DNA of 64,000 nt from Diadema antillarum. Lineage: Eukaryota. A program made the translations under genes and the position numbers. This document shows, piece by piece, positions 51,501 to 60,377 of the stretch. How positions within the stretch are numbered: position 1 is the stretch's first letter; each line of letters opens with the position of its first letter. Under the pieces are notes generated by a model that did no database searches, was not told the origin of the DNA, and was given only the letters and a program-made list of their open reading frames with translations. Location: positions 2,666,001 through 2,730,000 of the forward strand of contig NW_027271000.1 in NCBI RefSeq assembly GCF_040938485.1. Direction: 5' to 3'.

Positions 51501-52260
51501 TGCCTTGATGAGACTGGTTGTAGCCTTGATGAGACTGGTTGTAGCTCCTTCCACTATCACAGAAATGGAATTACACATAATAGATGGTCTTATCATCTGA
51601 CAGTGTACAATGCTTGACCGATATCCTTGCAACGACCTTTCCATGTGATAGTTATAAATTCATTGATCTTACTACAGTGAGACTGATCCACAGTATTCTC
51701 TGGTGAAGGGCAAAGGAAAAAGTGTACCAAATTTGTATCAATCTTCATATCTTCACCCTCTTTGGAACACTTCACAAGGCTAAAAAAAACCACAACACAC
51801 AAATCAACTGTCTGTAGTATTGAGACTTGCAGCACATTTTAAAAAAACCAAATAAGCACAGTCAAACACAATTTCTTTCTCCTGTATTGTACATTGTTTG
51901 ACATTGCTGATAAAATAAACAGATATTTAATTACCTTGACGAGCTACCTGAAGAGCTTGTTTTCTCTTGCCGAGGCATCAACACAAAGTCATCATCGTCA
52001 TACATCATGTCAACGCCTTTGCCTTTCCTCGCACCAGTCTCTGCTCGTGGTCCCTGGGGCCTTGCCCCTCCCTGCTGCCTCTGCTGCTGACCCCCCTGAC
52101 TGCCAGGGCCACCTCCCCTTCCTCTGCCTCCTCCTCTGCCTCTTTGTGACCCTCTTCCAGCCCCTCTTCCTCCTCCACCTCGACCCCTTGGCTGATTGAA
52201 GCGCCCACCACCTCGATTGGGTCTACCCCCTCTCTTCTTCACACCTGTTGGCTGACTCAT
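33591..52260 (-). CDS. DHX57: DEAH/DExH-box RNA helicase DHX57 (RG-rich N-terminus, UBA, RWD with inserted CCCH finger, RecA1/2, HA2, OB-fold), 25 coding exons, about 1426 aa
   Basis: Exons (minus): 51935-52260, 51377-51553, 50760-50948, 49219-49340, 47798-48678, 47282-47403, 46505-46700, 45923-46047, 45337-45470, 44878-44932, 43924-44138, 43035-43141, 42522-42628, 41936-42109, 40772-40935, 39632-39708, 39025-39120, 38270-38410, 37640-37735, 37199-37282, 36546-36683, 35614-35790, 35171-35260, 34377-34520, 33591-33734. All are GT-AG, phases agree, total 4281 nt. Motifs: [64 protein letters not shown], and N-terminal [18 protein letters not shown] typical of DHX57. Confidence 0.96.
33920..34056. 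mobile_element. Decayed partial TTCGCG-family MITE in the last DHX57 intron
   Basis: AAACTAAAATGCACGTAAA and GAAATTTGCGAAAGTTTATGCTGCAAAA...TTTTACTGTA resemble family B. Confidence 0.45.
38114..38280. repeat. Tandem duplication (92-nt offset) covering the DHX57 exon-18 donor site
   Basis: ACTTACAAAAGGTGATC occurs at 38172-38188 and 38264-38280; AAGATATAACTGAAG...GAAAATAGACAGG is also duplicated. Confidence 0.9.
38841..38925. mobile_element. Terminal fragment of family A MITE in a DHX57 intron
   Basis: Aligns by eye to the reverse complement of 32055-32143 (TACTGTAT...AAATTTTCGC...GTGGTTAAATTCGCGAT). Confidence 0.6.
40375..40585 (-). mobile_element. TA-flanked MITE, TTCGCG family B
   Basis: Its reverse complement aligns end to end with 50433-50643, at roughly 80% identity by eye. 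Confidence 0.75.
40604..40760. other. Assembly gap (157 N) inside a DHX57 intron
   Basis: N run. Flanking exons 15 and 16 splice in frame, so no exon needs to be hidden here. Confidence 0.99.
40975..41125. repeat. Polypurine/polypyrimidine (GA-rich) tract just upstream of the DHX57 exon-15 acceptor
   Basis: About 150 bp that is almost purely G/A on the + strand. Confidence 0.85.
45555..45711. mobile_element. hAT-like MITE in a DHX57 intron
   Basis: TIR CAGGGGCAGATCCAG / CTGGATCCGCCACTG (13 of 15 match). TSD not preserved. Confidence 0.65.
50433..50643 (+). mobile_element. TA-flanked MITE, TTCGCG family B
   Basis: TACCGTAAAACG ... ATGTTTTACAGTA termini, with internal AAATTTCGCG repeats. Confidence 0.78.
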
Positions 52261-52454
52261 GATTCTGTCCTCCCTTTCACTGATAGACACCAAAGAGGTT
52301 CAAATGAAACAGGAAAATGTGATATGAAATGTAGGTATTTTCAACTATGTCAGAATGTTGGCACGTTTGACACTCTATGAAGTACTATTAGTACTATTAG
52401 TAAAATGACATTACTTCCACGATGACATTTTGCAAATAGAATATCATTTGGAAA

Positions 52455-52840
52455 ATGTCACATGAAAGCAATTCTGAAATTGTGTGCAGCTTTGTACCAT
52501 CACTTTGAGCTGTCACCTGTGAAATGTAACAATTTTTAACCAAGTATTTGTAACATCACAGAGCAATTCTGGCATCGTGCACTGTGTTGTACCATCAATC
52601 TGTAAAATGTAGCAATTTCAAGCAAAGCAACTGTCATGTCAAAAACAATTTTGATATTGCGCAATGCTTCATACATTCAATACGAGAAATGTAACAATTT
52701 CTAACAAAACAATTGTGATGTCACAAGGCAAGTCTGACATTGCGCATTATTGCTCGTACCGTCACTCTGTGAAACGTACCATTTTCGAACAAAACAATTG
52801 TAATATCACAACTAGCAATTCTGACATCGTGTGCTGCTTC
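52455..52840. repeat. Degenerate minisatellite, period about 85-93 bp
   Basis: (A/G)TCAC...GCAATTCTG(A/G)CAT-like motif recurs near 52469, 52562, 52729 and 52815. Confidence 0.55.
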
Positions 52841-53875
52841 TATCTTAGGGTAAGTGTAGGGCTCCCTCACAACATCGCATCACCGATATGACTTCTTGCC
52901 TCACATATTTTTCTATTTTCCCCTTCTTTTGTTTACATTTTTTATCCAAAATACACACAAAAAAATATAGATCTTGACAGTCTAGCTATGCCTTATTTGC
53001 TTAATTTTGAGTTTCTGGTTAGAACTCTTGTCTATGTAAAGGCCTCTGAGCCAGTAGTTTAACCAGAAACTGTCACGCCCACGGTCACGGCAAAGTATTT
53101 GTATGTAGGCCCCTTCTCCACTATTAACCGTTTTGGAACTTTAAACCCCTAAGTTCTAACGTGTTACTGTTTATACTACACCGGTATAGTACCGGCGGCA
53201 CTTGTACTGATTTTTGTGCCTAGAAATTCTAGTAGAAAGAGAGGGAGAGAGAGGAGAAGTATTAATTGGAAGCGTGGGGAAGAATAAAAGTTTTCAATGA
53301 GGTTTATGCTTGAATAATGCTTACAAAAACTACATTAGATGATGAGGAGGTAAAAGCTATGCCAGAAAGTATACCTCTATCATAGACATAGTCTATGTCG
53401 ATAAACTCTCGCAACGTTGCAGTGCTAGTAGCTAGTGCTAGGGCGAGCGAGTGATAGTGAGCGAGCCGCGCTAGGCTTCGCCTGTCTGCCACGACAGCCC
53501 CCGCATGTGCACTAGTTTCTACTCCCTAATCATCCACAGCACAGCATCCATACAAGTCCTAAGTTACAAACCTTTAGATATCTACTAGAAGTCAGTCCGT
53601 GTCACTATGCGAACGGTTCTGAAGATATATAGGTGCTAATACATTTCGGGCTTCTTTAGACTCTACTTCGAAAGCTGATGAACACAGCGTGCCAGGCCGG
53701 GTAGATAAAAGTGGCTGGTGTCTTCCTGACTGCAGCTAGCGCTGTGCACACTTTCCGTCCATAGCATACATGTACAATGTACGAAGTGTAGATTCCAGTA
53801 CAATGCAAAAACTATTTTTCTGAGATGTCAAGACGTTGCGCAACATCATGAATGATCATGTTGCATGTTGATTAC

Positions 53876-53960
53876 CTTGTAGGTTAGACGGCAGCGGCAG
53901 TGCAGGGGGCTTGTACAACTCATAAATTGGACGCCATGTCGTTACCCAGCGTACAGTGCG
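53876..53960 (-). promoter_or_regulatory. Probable non-coding first exon / TSS region of DHX57, with YY1-like ACATGGCG and a 5-codon uORF
   Basis: Donor CAAG|gtaatc at 53876. ATG GCG TCC AAT TTA TGA at 53937-53920. CpG-rich surroundings. A matching acceptor (ctatcag|) at 52279 lies just upstream of the DHX57 ATG. Confidence 0.5.
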
Positions 53961-54384
53961 CTTATGATTTTAGCGTGTGCGCTTATGGTTTTAGCGTGTG
54001 CGCTTGGAGGGTTAAGTGTGTACGCGCAGGCGTCCCAAAGGCACGGTGTTGCTTGACTTTTCTTTCTCTTAGAGAGAGAGAGAGAGAGAGAGAGGGGGGT
54101 GGGGGAGAGAAAGGGGGTAGGTTGAGGGAGGGACATTCTTTCATTCCATCCATGTTGAACAAAGCCAACAATCAATCATTTTTACACATTCAAATAGACA
54201 CAAGCACACAGGTATACCGTATAAATGATAGGTAAGCTGTCTGAAGGACATAATTCCTGAATATATGATGAATTATTACCTATACGAGGTAGTTTGCGAG
54301 GCAATTACAGTTGTTATTTTGCAGGGTCGGAAGTTCAGCGGGCGATATTAGAGCATATTACGAGCATCCGGGGTTTTACATATA

Positions 54385-54573
54385 CAGTGGGCTCCCGTTA
54401 TAACGAAATCCTCGGGACCGGCAGTTATTCTTTCGTCATATCGGAATTTTGTTATAACCGAACAAATAAACGATAGAAATACATAGAGTGGATGACATTG
54501 CAGCCCAAATTTTTACTTCGTTATAACCAGAATTTTGTTGTAACCGCGTGTTCGTTATAACGGGAGTGCACTG
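54385..54573. mobile_element. Tc1/mariner-pogo (Tigger-like) MITE
   Basis: TA|CAGTGGGCTCCCGTTATAACGAA ... TTCGTTATAACGGGAGTGCACTG|TA, with internal GTTATAAC repeats. Confidence 0.85.
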
Positions 54574-55050
54574 TAAAACAGGGAGGTGGGAAGAGAGATT
54601 CCACTCCTTCTCTTCCCACCTCATGTAAACATTCCGATCGACCACGAAGAGAAAACATTCAAGGACGTCGCTGCGTGTTGCGTGTCGATTACACGCACAG
54701 CAGAAGAACGCCGATAAATCAACTCATACAAGGTCGACCACTTCCACTAGTTCCAGCAGCACGACGCGTCAAACAATGACTAACTGCACCAGTGACCATC
54801 AGTTATTACAACTCTCCAAATTGAAACAGAAGCAAAAATAAAGTGTAAAAGCGTTCAGATGTTTGAAGTTCGCCTGTTACAACTACATATGTATCTTTGA
54901 AGTTGGAGTTGAATGATATACATTGATGAACAATTTTTCAATTATTCGACATGTTGGTGATGATCTACAGGTAGTCAAATGTGGCTTGATCTATATCATA
55001 GTGTATTGCTGTATTCACACATTTTCTTAATTTACCTAGGGGATAGGTAA

Positions 55051-55204
55051 TAATTATGATATTGACTGGCCTTGAGGGAGATACCAGATAAATATTGCCC
55101 GCACTGAAAGAATATTGCCCTCGTCTTCGACTCGGGCAATATTCTTTCAGTTTGGGCAATATTTTCTGGTATCTCCCTCGAGGCCAGTCAATATTATATA
55201 ATTA
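55051..55204. mobile_element. Palindromic non-autonomous element, Crypton-A/Eulor-like
   Basis: Arms of about 70 bp form a near-perfect inverted repeat around the loop TCGTCTTCGACTC. No TSD. Family assignment is from recalled loop similarity. Confidence 0.6.
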
Positions 55205-56029
55205 TTGCCGTGAAAATAAAAGAAGAATTCACAGTAAGTCGTATCGTCAACTTTCACTAGACTGTATGCTATTTATATTGTATCTAGCAAGTTGCCCAGG
55301 GAACAAGAATATTGTATAACAACATTTTTTATATAAATTTACAATTCTAGCTGTGCAGAGGATAGACGAATTCCACAGTTATTACTGTTTCGCACGTAAA
55401 TACATTGTAATCATCAATTACCATCCTATTTAGTCCCATATATGTATGAAACTGACATGAAGGCCGATTAGTATGTAATTCAAAAGGAATACACCTATGT
55501 ACAATGTACAACATGAAAAAGTGACGTCACCGATATTAAGGTATGTAAAATGATCTAAAATTGTTTAAAAGTAATATTTTAAAAAGACATGTTGAGCGAA
55601 AGCGCAAGTACTTTACCTGGATAACATAAGGAGGGATATCCTCAGTGACATCTGTACCAAATAATAATAATAAAACAAAAAACACAAATAAAGATGTCCT
55701 AATGGCGACCGGTATTCCTCCGCCATATTACATTGTTCTCTTAGCAGGTGTAGAGTACGTCTTGACAATGTTACACGACAGTTTCACAAAATTGGCAGAC
55801 AAAATGGCAAATTTGTCACTAAATTTAATGCGTCGAATATTTACTTTCCTTGAACTAGGTATGAATGGATGTCTTTTATTGTTTAAGAGAGCAAGTATTA
55901 AGGAATTTGAGCATTTTTACTTTTGCTTACTTCTTCTCACTACTTTTTACTTACTACTATTTTCATGGCAATACTTTCAACGGTTATTTTAAAAATGTAT
56001 AGAAAATTCTGTCATTTCAGTATTTTCAC

Positions 56030-56645
56030 CTACCTTTGACCATCATGGCCAAAATCTTTCCCTATCTCGCGTCATTGTGTAGTAATGATGGCATGCAAAT
56101 ACGTGTACCATATTTGGTTTTAAGTTTGTGAATTGGGTAATTTCCAAGGTATTTAGGAACTGCATGGGTAATAGTATTTCAACAATAGAGAGTAGAATTT
56201 TAGCATTACATTTTACCTGACATTGATCCTTGACCCTTACCCCCCTCCCATACCCCCGCCCCCCCCCCCCAAAAAAAAAAAAAAAAATTGAAATAAATAA
56301 ATAAATAAAATCACGAGAAAATCACGGTCAGGCAGTAAGTTTCGTTTGGAAATACCTGTACTTATACCTCCAGATATTGCATATAGATATGGGGGAAATA
56401 GTGATATTTTAAGAATTTAACCATTATAAACATGATTTTGACCTTTCACTTCGAGCGTGTTTACACAAAAGTTTAGGCCCTATAAGCTAAAAACAAAACT
56501 CACACAAGCATACCCGTCATGTCAAGTTTCATTACCTCAAACGGTGTCCACAATATTGATTGCGATATGAAGGACAGACGGAAGGACGGACGGACGACCA
56601 AAACAAATGCCTCAGGCGACACTTTCGTATGTTATGGCGGAGACA
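56030..56645 (+). mobile_element. Degenerate pearl-like/HINE copy (5' end uncertain)
   Basis: TGACC-type motifs, short GACG tract (about 56573-56597) and a decayed terminal hairpin ATGCCTCAG...CGGAGACATA, resembling the 28041-29103 element. Confidence 0.55.
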
Positions 56646-58039
56646 TACAAATGTGAATCAAAACTTGGATAGTCTGAAAGACACCGCGAGGAATCCAAAG
56701 AAAACAAATCAGATATATATTTTCCCGTCGCACTCTGATTTCCCGCTTTTTCCTTTGTTTTGGATCTGTCGGAAAGCGGTGCATCATTACACTAAGAGCG
56801 AGGTCGGTTCGCGCAACGCCATGCTGCGCAGGAAGGCATGACGAATCTTCAGTTTATGGCAATAAGATATCAAAATATCTTTCGTGTTGTACCTTCTACT
56901 TCAATAAAGTTTACAACCTTACGGCAATGACATATCCCCACTGCACCATGACTGATATTAAGGGGAAGTCCCCAAGGCAAGCAATATTAGCGCGTAGCTG
57001 CGCGTAATGAACAATGGGCACTGCGTATGAGCTCTGCTCGCGCCCGCGTGATTGACTTTGGTAACGACATGGCGCCTGTAGGTCACGGGACCAGCTTTTG
57101 ACCAATCACAGGCTTCAAAACACCTAAGCCGAAAACCGAGTTGGCCAGACTCTCTTAATATACGGCACTGCTTGTACAGTTGCAATTACTGTATTGATCA
57201 TGCACGCACACGCACACGCGCACGACAGAAACTTACAGGATCAAAGAGATTAGATATAAAATCTCTTTGCACAGGATCCTGACCTCGAGGATCACTTGAA
57301 AGTTAGAGTTGAACGTTTATATTATTACTCAACAACCCATATTCTGGGTATTTGAGTCCAATGTAAAATCATAAAGATTTCACGCTATAAATTCGATAAT
57401 ATAGAGTTGCAAATTACTTTAACAATATAAAATACAAAATAACTATATAGTGTATAATAAAGTAAACAAGAGTGAAATTGATGAACAGAAAAAAAAATTA
57501 CAGAAATAAGATATACACGATATAGTGATCCGAACAAAAAACAAAGGAAGAAACATTTATGACGAGAGGGAGAGAGGGAGAGGGAGGGGGGAGAGCGAGG
57601 GGGGGGGGGGGAGGGGGAGAGGAGAGTGGAGGGGAAGTAGGAAGAGTGAAGGATGCACCAAAACTGATTACAAAGTACTTATAAAAATTAACAATAACAA
57701 AAGAGACACACGTGACATAATTGAAAAAAAAGAAAAGAAAAGAAAAATGCAAAGATGTATAGAAATAAAAAAGTGAACAAAGAATGTAGGAAATATGGAG
57801 AAGAAAACAAGAGGAGATCAGAAATGGAGAGGAAGCGGGGAGATCGAGCTAGAAAAACGAGTTACAAACTGGAAAAACGAGTTACAAATTGATTATAGAG
57901 ATGAAGATCCCAGGCACAGCCTGTAAATATAGCTTAGGTAGTAACTAAGAAAAGGATGAAATAGATAATCTAAACATGTGTCATATATGTATTTCACAAC
58001 TCCATCTTCATATATAGTTTCAGGTTTATGTCTTTTTAA

Positions 58040-58240
58040 TTCCAGTATTTGTTTTTGTTGTTCATTAAAGAGGCTGCACTGATATAGGTAATGAAATTCA
58101 TCATCAATTTCATCTTCATTGCAATGGGTACAAAATCTTTCATTTCTACCAGGAATGTGATTATATCTTCCAGATACAATTGGCAATATGTGATTACCAC
58201 AGCGGAATAGGCCTATGCATAAAAATTTCACTTGCAAATC
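58040..58240 (-). mobile_element. 3' fragment of a non-LTR retrotransposon ORF2 (CR1/L2-like C-terminal Cys/His domain)
   Basis: FRCGNHILPIVSGRY...RNERFCTHCNEDEIDDEFHYLYQCSLF matches the typical FRxxNHxLPIExGRY...RxCxxC...DEFHYLFxC tail of these elements. Confidence 0.8.
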
Positions 58241-58629
58241 AAGTGTTGAAAGTATTTCTCAAAATGAAGCTCCCGCTTGAAAATTTGATAGTTCAAACAT
58301 TGGGAATTTTGTTTTACAACACTATGCCACTCTTATTTATAAATGCCATGTAATATATTGGTGCTAACTACTAAACTTTTGAAGCCAGCTGTTTTGGATG
58401 AAATCTAACTATTTGGAGGGTCTTGCACTGGGGTCTAGAGACGAGTCTAGCTAGTCGTATGGCCAATTTCATGTACTGATTTTATGATAGGTATTATTGT
58501 TAATAAATGTATTATAATAAAGTATCAGTATAAAAAAAATATTTTTATACATATAGCATTTATGTATTCTAAGTGGTTTTTAGATATTCTATTATAGCCT
58601 ATAAATACTTGAAATGAGAGATTTTGTAA

Positions 58630-59231
58630 TAGGATGGTCATCGTCAGTAAACGCGCGACATGTGAAACTGTCGCTGCTAGCTAGCCCGTGAACAACAAGC
58701 GGAAAACCATACCCAAGCAGCTGATTGACACCGGTATCGCGCCTTGCCTCCGCTCCGCTCCTCCGCCGGCCTGCCCGGTACTTACAGCTAGCCACCGACG
58801 ATCGACCGTGCCGTGCAGCCGTGAACACAGGATGAACTGACCAAGCTGACTGTTATGTTGCCTGCCTTTCCTGCCGAGAGCTCTGCCTCTAGAACGCGTT
58901 CTAGTTCCCTAAAGAGCAACATTAGTACCCTAGCTACGGCAATAAATAGATATTGACCGCAGTTAAGACCTGACGCGAGGATATTTTCGATAGTGCTCAG
59001 ACTCAGGTCAGAGACGAGACGAGAGTAGGCCTACGACTAGATCTGTGAAGCAAAATCCTGAAGAGCTGATGCCGAGCTGATCGACACGTTTGTAAAGTAA
59101 AACTTTACTTTGCAATAGCAACGAGTATCGAGTTATACAGTGCAGTGTACTCATAGTCGTACCATTGACATGTGACATGGAGTACTACGTCATATTCTCT
59201 CCATCTTCCAAGCCCACTGGCATTACTCCTG
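58630..59231. promoter_or_regulatory. CpG-rich putative bidirectional promoter with outward-facing first exons
   Basis: The region is locally GC/CpG rich. It has a minus-strand donor CT|gtaagt at 58786/58785 and a plus-strand donor TGG|gtaagt at 59231. The kelch gene acceptor ctccacag| is at 60343. Confidence 0.45.
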
Positions 59232-59297
59232 GGTAAGTTCAGTTCATTTCTTTCCGGACAAAATCATTCATTGACATTGTGTTGATTATGTTTGTAT

Positions 59298-59543
59298 GTC
59301 TCCAGAGGAAAGCTATAACGTCAACAAATAAGACTTATCCAGACAGATGGATCTTTCTGTCTATGGTTATGTTTGACCAAAACGAAAGATCAGTCTGTAT
59401 CTTATGATCTGGTCATCGCCATCGGGGATATGTTCCGCGGAGACTGCGTCTGGCTTCATGGGATCGTCTCTGGAGGAGAGCAATAATGTCAACAAAATAA
59501 GCATTAAAAGACTCCTCTGGACAGGCAGATCTTTCTGTCTATG
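59298..59543. repeat. Imperfect direct repeat of about 70 bp, roughly 170 bp apart
   Basis: GTCTC..GAGGA.AGC.ATAA.GTCAACAAA(A)TAAG ... GATCTTTCTGTCTATG at 59298-59365 and 59466-59543. Confidence 0.65.
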
Positions 59544-60377
59544 ATTAAATGTATGCCATTGCATTGGGTCATCTCATCATCATTGACTAAGTGATTGCTG
59601 TTAGCAATTTATTCTAAAACTTTTTATGATAATATGAGTTAATTGGATTCCTAGTTTCGCTTACTGAAATTGCATTAATAATCAATGTGCATTTTTGCTA
59701 TTGCATCATAGATCATGCCATACCATTGCCTTGGCCCTTGAGAGTTTGTTGAGTTGCAGTTCAGAGTTGAATTGTTGGAAAGACTTTACGAGTTTTCTTT
59801 TGACCCCCCCCCCCCCCCCCCCCCCCCCAATTGATAACTCCAAGTCAGTTGGGCCCCCAACCTATGGCAACGTCACTACTATGGACATACGGTACACGGC
59901 ACTGTTGCTTTGCGACAGTGCTGTCACTGCTGTGTGCTGTGCACAGTGTTTGGTCAGGTTAGACCCAACCATATGTATATTTTATCACCAAATACAATAC
60001 TTACCTAACCCTAGTCTAGGACTATCTGTCTCTGGACCTTGTTACAGTGAATATAAAGCACAACTATTATGGATGCAGTAAAATCATGCACAAAATACTC
60101 TCATTTATGAAATTATGATAAAAAACAAGCTTTGCTGAAATTGGACAGGGAGGTGGGACAGAAGTTTTCACTTGTAGTACTACCGCAATATCATGACATT
60201 GATATGTCTCATAGAGTCTTTTTTAGCTGGATTGTGATATGATTGTACAATGTACATGTATGTACGGTTCCTTTGATCTCATATATTATGGTGTAGGGCT
60301 AGATCTAAATCTATGCATTTCATGTAAATCTCAACCTCCACAGGCAGAGCTATGTTCTTCCTCGCTCATTTCCTGAC

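Noticed and set aside
59380-59490. GDMFRGDCV as a possible MORN2 fragment (human DHX57 neighbour)
   Set aside because: Similarity is trivial, with no repeated YxGxWxxGxxxGxG motifs and an early stop.
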